From an uncultured bacterium (GTDB lineage: Bacteria; Krumholzibacteriota; Krumholzibacteriia; LZORAL124-64-63): a stretch of DNA of 64,000 nucleotides. Of this stretch, positions 27,404 through 38,615 are shown piece after piece (within the stretch, counting starts at the first letter, position 1; each line of letters starts with the position of its first letter). A model generated the notes under the pieces. It was not told the origin of the DNA and did not search any database. It saw only the letters and a program-made list of their open reading frames with translations. The position numbers were made by a program, and so were the translations under genes. The stretch lies in NCBI GenBank assembly GCA_963727525.1, contig CAVSGO010000005.1, positions 160,001 to 224,000 on the forward strand, given 5' to 3'.

Positions 27404-29254
27404 ATGCCCGTCACCGCCGCGCGCACTCTTCTGCTGGCCGCCGTCGCGAGCCTCGTGGCCGGGTTGCTGGGCGGGTGTTCCCGCGGGTCCGTGACCTCCC
27501 TGGCCGGGTCCGTGAAACCGGGCCAGGCCGCCGGATACAACGTGGTGCTCGTGACCATCGACACAGCCCGCCGCGACCACTTCGGCTGCTACGGACACGC
27601 CGAGGCGCGCACGCCCACCATCGACGCCCTCGCCCACGACGGCGTGCTCTGCGACGACGCCGTCACCAGCGTACCGCTCACGTTGCCGTCGCATACGACG
27701 CTCCTCACGGGACTCTACCCGCCTCACCATGGCGTGCACGACAACGGCATCTCCCAGCTCGGCACCGAGCCGCCGCTGTTGCAGGCCGAGCTGCGCGACC
27801 ACGGCTACGCCACCGCAGCCTTCGTGGGTGCTTTCGTGCTCGACGAACGCTTCGGCCTGGCCCGCGGCTTCGACCACTACGACTTCGAGGTGACCGACGA
27901 GGGCTACCATCCGCAGATGACCGAGTTCAACGAGCGCTCCGCCGGCGCCGTCACCGACTCGGCGCTCGCCTGGCTCGACCGCCACCATGCTCAGGCGCCG
28001 TCGCAGCCGTTCTTCACCTGGCTCCACTACTTCGATGCGCACCACCCGTACACGTCGCCGCTGGCGTCATTGCCGGAGTTCGCCGGCAAGCCGTACGACG
28101 CGGAGATCGCCTATGTCGACCAGCAGTTCCAGCGCGTGGTCGGCTGGCTCATCCGGCAAGGTCTGCGCGATCGCACGATCATCGTCGTCACTGCCGACCA
28201 CGGCGAGTCGCTGGGCGAACACGGCGAGAGTACACACGGCATGTTCATCTACGATTCCACCCTGCGAGTGCCTCTGGTGATCTCGTGCCCGTCCCTCATC
28301 TCCGGTCCGCTGCGACTGCGTGACGTCACGGTGGGTCTGGTGGACATCCGGCCCACGATCGACGACCTGCTCGGCATCACGCCCACCGGCGTCCACGACG
28401 GGCGCAGCTTCCTGGCGGACCTGCCCCCCGACCGGGCCATCTACATCGAGACGGAGGGGCCGCGCCGCATGGCCAGGTGCAGTCCACTGCGCGGCCTTCG
28501 CTCGCACGTCGCCAAGTTCATCGAGGCACCGGAGCCCGAGTACTACGACCTTGCGCAGGATGCGGCCGAGTTGCACAACCTCTACAGCACGAGCGCCGCG
28601 GCCGTGGCGCCGCTGCGCGATGAGCTAGCATCCGTGCTCTCCAGCGGGACCACCTCGCCCCAGGCGGAACACGAGATCACCGAGGAAGAGAGGAGCCGCC
28701 TGCGTTCGCTCGGCTATACCTTCACGGCCGCGTTGGGCGATACCGCCAGCCTGCCCGACCCGAAGTGGCAGATCGAGTACTTTAATGAGGGAATGGAGGC
28801 CGAGCAGCTCTACGCCCAGGGCGATTACGCCGCGGCGGCCGACCTGGCACGCAAGGTCGTCCGAGGTTGCGGCGGCTGCATGAATGCCCAGCGCGTGCTC
28901 GCCTTCAGCGAGCTGCGTCTCGGCAACGACGACGAAGCCATCGCCATGCTACACGACGACGTCAAGAAAAATCCCGACGCATTCCTGGTGCGTTCACTCG
29001 TCCAGGCCCTCATCCTCACCAAAGACTATCCGGCCGCCCTCGACGTGATCGGCACCTACGACAGCCTCTACCCGCGCGACGGCTGGTTTCCCCTGCTACG
29101 AGGCGACTGCCAGTCGGCCCAGGGCGACTACGATGACGCGCTCAAGAACTACGAACGGGCCATGCGTATCGACGCCGCCCGCTGCGGCCGCCGCGCCAGT
29201 GCCCGCATCGAGGCTACGCGGGAGAAGTTGAACGACTTGGGGAGCCCACACTAG
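27404..29254 (+). CDS. Sulfatase-like hydrolase lipoprotein with C-terminal TPRs
   Basis: Lipobox LGGC; NVVLVTIDT, TLPSHTTLLTG, WLHYFDAHHPY, TADHGE, HG, RLRSLGY, then TPR helices. Confidence 0.88.
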   Translation: MPVTAARTLLLAAVASLVAGLLGGCSRGSVTSLAGSVKPGQAAGYNVVLVTIDTARRDHFGCYGHAEARTPTIDALAHDGVLCDDAVTSVPLTLPSHTTLLTGLYPPHHGVHDNGISQLGTEPPLLQAELRDHGYATAAFVGAFVLDERFGLARGFDHYDFEVTDEGYHPQMTEFNERSAGAVTDSALAWLDRHHAQAPSQPFFTWLHYFDAHHPYTSPLASLPEFAGKPYDAEIAYVDQQFQRVVGWLIRQGLRDRTIIVVTADHGESLGEHGESTHGMFIYDSTLRVPLVISCPSLISGPLRLRDVTVGLVDIRPTIDDLLGITPTGVHDGRSFLADLPPDRAIYIETEGPRRMARCSPLRGLRSHVAKFIEAPEPEYYDLAQDAAELHNLYSTSAAAVAPLRDELASVLSSGTTSPQAEHEITEEERSRLRSLGYTFTAALGDTASLPDPKWQIEYFNEGMEAEQLYAQGDYAAAADLARKVVRGCGGCMNAQRVLAFSELRLGNDDEAIAMLHDDVKKNPDAFLVRSLVQALILTKDYPAALDVIGTYDSLYPRDGWFPLLRGDCQSAQGDYDDALKNYERAMRIDAARCGRRASARIEATREKLNDLGSPH

Positions 29255-29263
29255 CCGCAAGTT

Positions 29264-30486
29264 GTGCCAAGAAGAATGTTGACGAGGCTTCGCACCGAGA
29301 TCTCGCCCGCCAGGCCCGACTTTCTCACTACGCGGCGTACGTCAGCTTGTGCCTCCGGTTCACCTTCAATGGCCGCGTCTCGACCCGTCGCCAGTAGTAG
29401 TCATCCCACAACGGCGGCAACTCGATATGCGACACGAACAGCCGCCGCGACAACACCTCCTCCTCGGTCAGGGGCTTCGTGGCGATCCCGATCTGCATCG
29501 CCGGCGTGCTCCAGCACCGCTTCTCCCGACGCAACTTGATCGTGTTGCGCCACACCAGGAAGATCGCCAGCCGGTAGATCGAATGCTGGCGTCGCTTCCC
29601 GAACGCGATCGTCTCCCGCGTGTGGTCTTTCAGACAATGCCGCAGCAACATGTCCAGCAAGTTGACCTCGAACAACGGGTTGCGACTCGTCCGCGGCTCA
29701 CGGGAGTCGATCGTCTCGTGGATCACCTTGCAATACCGTAGCTTCGCGATCGCGTAGGGATAGGTCTTGTGCTTGTCGCTCCAGATGTGGGCCTCGGTGG
29801 CGCCGTCGAGCGAGACCGAGAGCACCTCGAGCAGCGCCCGCATCAACGACCTGGGGTCCGGCCGGCCATAGTTTTGTTCAAAGAGGGACCGTTTCCATTT
29901 CTGCTCGACGGTCATCGCCCCGCTGCGTCGCCGCTCGGCCTCGGCGAAGTGGATGATGAAGCTGGAGGGGCGATCGACGGCCGTGACGATCTCGTAGGGG
30001 AAGTACTGGGAGTGCTCGAAGGTGACGAGCCCGTCGATGGCGATGTCCACGAAGGGTGACGCCTGGGACACCAGGTGTCGATGGAAGAGGATGCAGTGTC
30101 GGCCGAGGCGGGCGAGGAGGTTGTCGACGGTCGTCGGCGAGGTGTCGAGGAGCCTGGCGATCTGGCGGTTGGCGGCGCCAGAGACGGCGTGCTTATGGAC
30201 CTTGGGCAGGAGATCGGCGCGTTTGAGCCAGTATGTGGTGCGGAAGGTCTGGTCTGAGCAGGTCCTGCCGCAGGCCAGGCAGAGGTAGCGTTGGACGGTG
30301 TAGGGCGGGGATTTTCGGGAGAAGGTGCCGAAGAGCGCGAAGGGCCAGGGTTGCGGCTGAGGCTTGTGGTATTTGCAGTTAGGGTTGGGGCAGTGGGGAG
30401 GAAGCGTAGGGCATGAAGTGAGGGTTTTGGTGTTCATGAAGACGGGCCCAGGCAAGCGCTGGACCCGTCAACATTCTTCGTGGCAC
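29264..30486. mobile_element. Insertion sequence (~1.22 kb, IS1-like DDE) with 21-bp terminal inverted repeats
   Basis: GTGCCAAGAAGAATGTTGACG (29264-29284) versus reverse complement of 30466-30486, GTGCCACGAAGAATGTTGACG (1 mismatch); single transposase ORF inside; no clear target-site duplication. Confidence 0.8.
29328..30437 (-). CDS. IS1-like transposase (Zn ribbon, HTH, DDE-like core)
   Basis: CPNPNC...QRYLCLACGRT Zn ribbon; ANRQIARLLDTSPTTV HTH; IAIDG, IWSD, R-H-x-x-K...RET-I-AFGK, TPAM. Confidence 0.8.
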   Translation of the reverse strand: MNTKTLTSCPTLPPHCPNPNCKYHKPQPQPWPFALFGTFSRKSPPYTVQRYLCLACGRTCSDQTFRTTYWLKRADLLPKVHKHAVSGAANRQIARLLDTSPTTVDNLLARLGRHCILFHRHLVSQASPFVDIAIDGLVTFEHSQYFPYEIVTAVDRPSSFIIHFAEAERRRSGAMTVEQKWKRSLFEQNYGRPDPRSLMRALLEVLSVSLDGATEAHIWSDKHKTYPYAIAKLRYCKVIHETIDSREPRTSRNPLFEVNLLDMLLRHCLKDHTRETIAFGKRRQHSIYRLAIFLVWRNTIKLRREKRCWSTPAMQIGIATKPLTEEEVLSRRLFVSHIELPPLWDDYYWRRVETRPLKVNRRHKLTYAA

Positions 30487-31685
30487 GCTGGAAACATTGC
30501 CACCGCACGGCCCAGCCGCGCGCAACCCTCAGAGATGCGATCGGGCGGCATGAAGCTGAAGTTCAGGCGGGCCGTGTTCTCGTGGCCGCCGTTGGGAAAG
30601 AAGGCGCCGCCGGGGACGAAGGCCACGTCGTGCTTCAGGCACTCCTCGAGCACCTCGCGGGCGTTCACCGATTCCGGGAACGTAAGCCACAGGAAGAGAC
30701 CCCCGTCCGGCGTGCTGAACGTCACCGACGCCGGCAGGTGGGCGTGCAGCTCGCGCACCATCGTATCGCGGCGCTCGCGATAGGCGTCGACGAGGCGGCG
30801 GATGTTGGCGTCGAGGTCGTACTGGTCGAGGTAGGTGGCCACCTGGCGTTGCACGAGGGTGCCGGTGTGCAGGTCGGCCGCCTGTTTGACAAGTACGAAG
30901 CGGCGGTACACAGGGGCGGGCGCCACGAGCCACGCCGTGCGCAGGCCCGGGCAGAAGATCTTGGAGAAGGTGCCCAGGTAGACCACGAGATCGTGCGTGT
31001 CGAGAGACTTGAGCGCGGGCAGAGACTCGCCCTCGAAACGCAGATCGACGTAGGGGCAGTCCTCGATCACGGCCACCTGGTGGCGAGCCGCCAGATTGAG
31101 CAGCGCCTGGCGGCGGGGAAGAGACCAGGTGCGACCGCTGGGATTCTGGAAGTCGGGCACCACATAAATGATCTTCGCCTTCGGGTTCGCCTGCAGGGCC
31201 TGCGCCACCGCCTCCGGCACCATGCCCTCGTCGTCGGTGGGCACGTCCACGAATCGCGGGCCATAGGCGCGGAAGGCGTTGATCGCGCCCAGGTAGGTGG
31301 GGCTCTCGCAGAGCACCACGTCGTCCTCGTCGAGGAAGACCTTGCCCACGAAGTCGAGGCCCTGCTGGGACCCCGCGGTGATCAGGATGTGATCGGGATC
31401 CACGCGCGTGGCCTGCCGCGCGTTCATACGGGCGGCGATCCTCGCGCGCAGGTCGGGATCGCCCTCGGTGGTGGAATACTGGAGCGCCGACGTCCCTTCT
31501 CTCTCCATGATGAGGCGCGTCACCTCGGCCATCTCGTGGGTCGGGAACAGCTCGGCGGCCGGCAGACCGCCGGCGAAGGAGATCACGCTGGGCCGCTGCG
31601 TGAGTTTGAGCAACTCGCGGATCTCACTGGCCCGCAGATTGTCCATGCGCCGGGCGATCTTGAGATTGACTGTCGAATCACTCAT
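30468..31685 (-). CDS. PLP-dependent class I/II aminotransferase (LysN/2-aminoadipate transaminase-like)
   Basis: SEIRELLK, ISFAGGLP, ALQYSTTEG, GSQQGLD, PDFQNPSG, ED-x-PY, GTFSKIFCPGLR, RLNFS. Confidence 0.92.
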   Translation of the reverse strand: MSDSTVNLKIARRMDNLRASEIRELLKLTQRPSVISFAGGLPAAELFPTHEMAEVTRLIMEREGTSALQYSTTEGDPDLRARIAARMNARQATRVDPDHILITAGSQQGLDFVGKVFLDEDDVVLCESPTYLGAINAFRAYGPRFVDVPTDDEGMVPEAVAQALQANPKAKIIYVVPDFQNPSGRTWSLPRRQALLNLAARHQVAVIEDCPYVDLRFEGESLPALKSLDTHDLVVYLGTFSKIFCPGLRTAWLVAPAPVYRRFVLVKQAADLHTGTLVQRQVATYLDQYDLDANIRRLVDAYRERRDTMVRELHAHLPASVTFSTPDGGLFLWLTFPESVNAREVLEECLKHDVAFVPGGAFFPNGGHENTARLNFSFMPPDRISEGCARLGRAVAMFPACHEEC

Positions 31686-31904
31686 GAAACGCCTGCCTTG
31701 CCAGAAAACGCCTTATCGCCGGGACCGGAACGGCGGTCCCGCCAAGATCGCCGACCGCCGCGGCGAAGTAAAGCCGCCACCTCTGACGGAAACCGGACGT
31801 AACCGATTCCTGCGCTTGGATCTGAGCCGGTGACTTGCTATCGTTGCCTCGTTGTGTCCGCCAAGCTTGCCCGCATGACGACCTTAGACGCGAGGATGGT
31901 ATCC

Positions 31905-32627
31905 ATGGCCTCCTTCGGATCCCTTGCCGGCTCCTCGGTTGGAAAGAAGGTGTTCGTCGCCGTCACGGGGCTGCTTCTCTTCGGCTTCGTATGCGTGCAC
32001 CTGCTGGGGAACCTCACATTGTTGATTCCCGACGACGGTAAGGCGTTCAACCACTATGCGCACTTCCTGGAGACGCTGATCCACGGCTGGCTGATCATCG
32101 CTTTCGAGGTGGGGCTGGTCCTTGCCTTCCTCGTCCACGCGATCTACGCGGTGACGGTCGCACTGGTGGACAAACAACGCGCGCGCCCGCAGAAGTACGC
32201 CTTGCAGCGCGATGCGGGCGGCAAGAGCCGCAAGACGCTGGCCTCGCGGTCGATGATCGTGACGGGTCCGGTCATCCTGCTCTTCGTGATCATCCACGTG
32301 AAGATGTTCAAGTTCGCGCACCATCCCGACGTGACGTACGACGGCACCACGATGAAGAATCTGTACGCCGTGGTCGTCGACGCGTTCAAGCAGCCACTCA
32401 TCATGATCGCCTACATCGTGGTGATGCTGCTGCTGGGCACCCATCTATGGCACGGCGTGTGGAGTGCGTTCCAGTCGATGGGCTGGAACAGCGATCGCCA
32501 CGTGAAGGTGCTCACGCGACTGTCGGTAGTGTTCGGGATCCTACTCGGCTTCGGCTTCCTGATCCTGCCGGCCTATGTGTTCTTCTTCGTCAATCCGGCC
32601 GCCGCTGTCGCCGTGGGAGGTCATTGA
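31905..32627 (+). CDS. sdhC: Succinate dehydrogenase/fumarate reductase cytochrome b subunit
   Basis: SSVGKK..VAVTG, HLLGN, HLWHG..SAFQSMG; first gene of the sdh operon. Confidence 0.9.
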   Translation: MASFGSLAGSSVGKKVFVAVTGLLLFGFVCVHLLGNLTLLIPDDGKAFNHYAHFLETLIHGWLIIAFEVGLVLAFLVHAIYAVTVALVDKQRARPQKYALQRDAGGKSRKTLASRSMIVTGPVILLFVIIHVKMFKFAHHPDVTYDGTTMKNLYAVVVDAFKQPLIMIAYIVVMLLLGTHLWHGVWSAFQSMGWNSDRHVKVLTRLSVVFGILLGFGFLILPAYVFFFVNPAAAVAVGGH

Positions 32628-32629
32628 TC

Positions 32630-34555
<1,926 letters not shown>

Positions 34556-34567
34556 GGAGGTGGCCCG

Positions 34568-35326
34568 ATGGCCGAGACCCGGACCGTTCATCTGAAGATC
34601 TGGCGGCAGAAGCGCGGAGAGTCGCGGGGCCGCTTCGAGACCTATACCGTGGGCGACGTGCTGCCCGAGATGTCGTTCCTCGAGGTGCTGGACATTCTCA
34701 ACGAGGACCTCGCCAGGCAGGGCGCGGAACCCGTGGAATTCGACAGCGACTGCCGCGAGGGCATCTGCGGCACCTGCGGCCTCGTGATCAAGGGTATCGC
34801 TCACGGCCCCGAGGCTGCGTGCACCACCTGCGAGATCCGCATGCGCCAGTTCAAGGACGGCGAGACCATCACGGTGGAGCCGTTCCGCGCCGGCCCGTTC
34901 CCCATCATCAAGGACCTCGTGGTCGACCGTACCGCCTTCGACCGCATCCAGCAGAAAGGCGGGTTCGTCTCCGCCAACGTGGGCTCCGCCCCCGACGGCA
35001 ACGCGATCCCCGTGCCCAAGGTGGATGCCGACAAGGCCATGGACAGCGCGTCATGCATCGGCTGCGGCGCCTGCGTCGCGGCGTGCCCGAACGCCTCGGC
35101 GTCGCTCTTCGTCAGCGCCAAGATCGCGCAGCTCGCGCGCCTGCCCCAGGGCGATCCCGAGCGGAAGCGCCGCGCGCTGGCAATGGTGGCGCGGATGGAC
35201 GAGGAGGGTTTCGGCGATTGCTCCAACCACGGCGAGTGCGAGGCGGTGTGCCCGAAGGAGATCTCCATCGAGAACATCGCTGTCATGCGCCGCGAGTACC
35301 TGAAGGCGATCCTGCGCGGCGTCTGA
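34568..35326 (+). CDS. sdhB: Succinate dehydrogenase/fumarate reductase iron-sulfur subunit
   Basis: [33 protein letters not shown]. Confidence 0.96.
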   Translation: MAETRTVHLKIWRQKRGESRGRFETYTVGDVLPEMSFLEVLDILNEDLARQGAEPVEFDSDCREGICGTCGLVIKGIAHGPEAACTTCEIRMRQFKDGETITVEPFRAGPFPIIKDLVVDRTAFDRIQQKGGFVSANVGSAPDGNAIPVPKVDADKAMDSASCIGCGACVAACPNASASLFVSAKIAQLARLPQGDPERKRRALAMVARMDEEGFGDCSNHGECEAVCPKEISIENIAVMRREYLKAILRGV

Positions 35327-35347
35327 TCACAACCTGCATCCCGTCAC

Positions 35348-35382
35348 GCGACCCGCGCCACTGGAGGCGCGGGTCGCTTTTT
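35348..35382 (+). terminator. Rho-independent terminator of sdhCAB
   Basis: GCGACCCGCGCC-ACTGGA-GGCGCGGGTCGC followed by TTTTT. Confidence 0.85.
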
Positions 35383-35414
35383 CATCCTTGGCAACACGCA
35401 TCCCATGTGCCAGA

Positions 35415-35430
35415 TTGACCACCTGGTCAT
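35415..35430. promoter_or_regulatory. Palindromic TetR-type operator
   Basis: TTGACCACCTGGTCAT (TGACCA-CC-TGGTCA), about 30 nt upstream of the TetR start. Confidence 0.65.
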
Positions 35431-35459
35431 TTTCCGTTTCCCGCGCGACCGAGGAGCCC

Positions 35460-36131
35460 ATGGTCGAGACCGAGGCCTTCCGCAATCTGCCCGACCACAA
35501 GCGCGAGCGCGTGCTGCGCGCCGCGGCCGCCGAGTTCGCCGACCGCGGCTACGGCGAGGCGTCGATGAACACGTTGGTGCGCGAGGCCGGCATCAGCAAG
35601 GGTAGCTTGTACCAGTACTTCAAGACCAAGCTCGACCTCTACGATCGTATTGTGGCGGCAGCCACCGGTCTCGCCAAGGGCCTCCTGCGCGATGCGCGCG
35701 ACTCGTCACGCGACCAGCCCCTGCCCGCGCGCCTTACCACGGTGCTCCGCACGGGCTTCCGCTTCATCGACGACCACCCTCACCTGGCGCGTATCTACTT
35801 CCGGCTGCTCGGCGGCGATGCGGCACCCTTCAAGGCGGCGCGGCTGCAGAGTCTTCACCGCCAGAGCCGCGAATTCGTACACGATCTGCTCGCCGAGGCG
35901 CGTGAGCGAGGCGAGGTTCGTGCCGACATCGACCTGCCGCGCGCCGCCTACCTCGTGCACGGCCTACTGCAGCAGATGCTCGCCGCCTACGACACTCGCC
36001 ATGTCGACTCTGGCCTGGGTCTCTACCACGGCGACACCGCCGAGGTCGAGCGCTGGGTCGCCACCGCCACCACGCTCGTCACCACCGGCCTGGCGACGCC
36101 CACCCGCCAGCGATCCCGAGGAAAGACATGA
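35460..36131 (+). CDS. TetR/AcrR family transcriptional regulator
   Basis: GAGGAG RBS; AAAAEFADRGYGEASMNTLVREAGISKGSLYQYFKTK. Confidence 0.92.
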   Translation: MVETEAFRNLPDHKRERVLRAAAAEFADRGYGEASMNTLVREAGISKGSLYQYFKTKLDLYDRIVAAATGLAKGLLRDARDSSRDQPLPARLTTVLRTGFRFIDDHPHLARIYFRLLGGDAAPFKAARLQSLHRQSREFVHDLLAEARERGEVRADIDLPRAAYLVHGLLQQMLAAYDTRHVDSGLGLYHGDTAEVERWVATATTLVTTGLATPTRQRSRGKT

Positions 36132-37087
36132 TCAAGCGCCCCACGCCTCTCGTGCTCTTTCTCGTCCTGCTCGTCCACGTCCTGCTCGTCGGCTGCGGCG
36201 GCAAGACGCCGCCCGACGGCGCCACCACCGTCCGCTTCGGCGTGTTGCCGGTGCTGCAAGCCCTCGAGCTGTTCGCCGCTGCCGATGGCGGCGACTTCGC
36301 GCGCGCCGGCTTGACGGTGGAACTGGTGCCCTTCGACACGGCCGCCGACAAGGACATCGCTCTTGCCGCTGGCCGCATCGACGGCTATTTCGGCGACCTG
36401 TTCACCCCCATCGTGGTGCGCGGCAATGGCGTCGACTGCCGCATCGTCGCCACGAACTACGATACGCGGCAGGACCGGCGCATGTTCGCCGTCGTGGGCA
36501 AGCCCGGAGGCGGCTACGCCACCGCGGCTTCGCTCGCCGACGTGCCGGTGGCCATCTCCAGCAACTCGGTCATCCACTACGTCACGGCGACGCTGCTGGG
36601 CGAGGCCGGTCTGGCACCCGCGCACTTCGCGACCTACGAATCGAAGAACATCGGCATCCGCATGCAGATGCTCATGAGCGGCCAGCTCGAGGCGGCCACG
36701 CTGCCCGAACCGCTGGCCACGGCCGCGCTGCGCGGCGGCGCCACTCTGGTGGCCGATGACCGCGGCCTCGAAGCGAGCCAGACGGTACTCGTCTTCCGCG
36801 AAGCCTTCCTGCGCGAGCACCACGACGCAGCCTCGCGCTTCGTGCAAGCCGTGGCCGCCGCGCGCGAGCGCCTGGGCGCCGACCCGGTGGCCGCGCGGAC
36901 GGTGATGACCGCGAACGTGCGCGTACCCGAGGCGCTCCAGGCCACCTATCCCGTGCCCTCGTTCCCGCCGCTCGCAGCCCCGTCGGCGGCGGCCGTCGCC
37001 GCGGCGAGCGCCTGGCTGCGCGAGCGCGGCGTGCTCGCAGCACCACTCGCGTACGCCGACATCGTCGACACCACGCTGGTGAAGTAG
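36128..37087 (+). CDS. NitT/TauT (NMT1/SsuA-like) ABC substrate-binding lipoprotein
   Basis: Lipobox LVGC; G-F...GL-x-VEL, ALAAGRIDG, G-QLEAATLPEP. Confidence 0.85.
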   Translation: MIKRPTPLVLFLVLLVHVLLVGCGGKTPPDGATTVRFGVLPVLQALELFAAADGGDFARAGLTVELVPFDTAADKDIALAAGRIDGYFGDLFTPIVVRGNGVDCRIVATNYDTRQDRRMFAVVGKPGGGYATAASLADVPVAISSNSVIHYVTATLLGEAGLAPAHFATYESKNIGIRMQMLMSGQLEAATLPEPLATAALRGGATLVADDRGLEASQTVLVFREAFLREHHDAASRFVQAVAAARERLGADPVAARTVMTANVRVPEALQATYPVPSFPPLAAPSAAAVAAASAWLRERGVLAAPLAYADIVDTTLVK

Positions 37088-37096
37088 GGTCTGGCG

Positions 37097-37855
37097 ATGC
37101 TCGGCGTCCACGATCTCCGCCTCGACTACGCCGGCGACCGCGGCCGCGTGACCGCGTTCACCGGCGTCGATCTGCAGCTCGAGGCGGGCCGAACCCTGGC
37201 GGTGCTCGGCCCCACGGGGTGTGGCAAATCGTCGCTGCTGCTGGCGCTCGCCGGACTCCACCGCCCCTCGCAAGGCCGCGTCGTGTTCCAGGACCAGCCG
37301 CTCCTGCGCCCCCACCCACGCATCGCCCTCGTGTTGCAGGACTACGGGCTCTTCCCCTGGAAGACGGTACGGGACAACGTGGCGCTGGGCCTGCGCATTC
37401 GCGGTCTCTCCGACCTGCCCGCCGTCTTTCGCCTCGTGGGCGACCTGGGGCTCAGCGACAAGCTCGACGCGTACCCCCGTGAGCTGTCCGGCGGTCAGAA
37501 GCAGCGCACCGCGCTGGCGCGGGCACTCGTGCTCGATCCCGAGCTGCTCCTGCTCGACGAACCGTTTGCCGCCCTCGACACGCTCACTCGCGAGCGCCTG
37601 CAGGATCTGCTGGCCGACGTCTGGCGCCTGCGCCGGTTCGCTTTCGTACTGGTAACCCACGACATCGCGGAGGCCGTGTGTCTGGGGCAACGCATCGCCA
37701 TCATGAGTGCCGCGCCGGGCCGCGTGGTCGCGACGGTCACCAATCCGCTCGCACTGATGGATGCCCCGCGCCGGCATGCCGATTTCGCGTCGATGGTCGG
37801 CGACGTGCGCGCCGTGCTCGAACGCGAGGCAGCCTTCCAGGGAGGCGCCGCGTGA
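37097..37855 (+). CDS. NitT/TauT ABC ATP-binding protein
   Basis: GPTGCGKS, LSGGQKQR, LLLDEPF, VTHD. Confidence 0.93.
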   Translation: MLGVHDLRLDYAGDRGRVTAFTGVDLQLEAGRTLAVLGPTGCGKSSLLLALAGLHRPSQGRVVFQDQPLLRPHPRIALVLQDYGLFPWKTVRDNVALGLRIRGLSDLPAVFRLVGDLGLSDKLDAYPRELSGGQKQRTALARALVLDPELLLLDEPFAALDTLTRERLQDLLADVWRLRRFAFVLVTHDIAEAVCLGQRIAIMSAAPGRVVATVTNPLALMDAPRRHADFASMVGDVRAVLEREAAFQGGAA

Positions 37856-38592
37856 CCCGCACCGGAGCGTATACCGCCGCGCTGGCCAGCGTTGTGATCG
37901 TGTGGCAGATCCTGGCGATGCTGGCCGGACCGGCCGTGGTGGCCCCGCCGGCCGCCGTGGTCGCGCTGCTGGTGCGCGAGCTGGGCACCGCGCTCTACTG
38001 GCAGCACGTGACGGCCTCGACCCTGCGCATCCTCGCCGCGCTGGGTATCGCCTTCGTGACCGCCGTCCCGTTGGGACTGGCGCTGGGTTCGAGCCGGCGT
38101 CTCGACCGCTGGTCGCGGCCGCTGATCTACCTCAGCTATCCGGTGCCCAAGATCGTGCTCTTGCCTCTCGTCTTTCTCGTGTTCGGCATCGGCGACGGCG
38201 GCAAGATCGCCATGCTGGCCTTGATCCTCTTCTTCCAGCTCCTGGTCTCCACCCGCGACGCGGCCGTGGCCGTGAGCCGCGAGCACAAGTACGCGCTGTA
38301 CAGCCTCGGCGGCGGGCGGCGCCACCTCTTCATGCATGTGATCTGGCCGGCGTGCCTGCCGGCGGTGTTCACCTCGCTGCGCATCGCCACCGGCACGGTA
38401 GTGGCGGTGCTGTTCTTCGTGGAATCGCTCGGCACCCGCCGCGGACTCGGCTACTACATCATCGACGCGTGGGGCCGCGCAGCCACCGCGCAGATCTTCG
38501 TCGGCATCCTCACCCTCGCCGCGCTCGGCGTGGTCCTCTACGAGATCTGCGATGGTCTCGAGCGGACGTTCTGCCGCTGGCAGCGCGGTTGA
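37852..38592 (+). CDS. NitT/TauT ABC permease
   Basis: GTG overlapping the ATPase TGA; PVPKIVLLP, HVIWPACLP..FTSLR, GLGYYI. Confidence 0.9.
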   Translation: MTRTGAYTAALASVVIVWQILAMLAGPAVVAPPAAVVALLVRELGTALYWQHVTASTLRILAALGIAFVTAVPLGLALGSSRRLDRWSRPLIYLSYPVPKIVLLPLVFLVFGIGDGGKIAMLALILFFQLLVSTRDAAVAVSREHKYALYSLGGGRRHLFMHVIWPACLPAVFTSLRIATGTVVAVLFFVESLGTRRGLGYYIIDAWGRAATAQIFVGILTLAALGVVLYEICDGLERTFCRWQRG

Positions 38593-38615
38593 ACCGCCAG
38601 CAAGGAGACGTGCGC

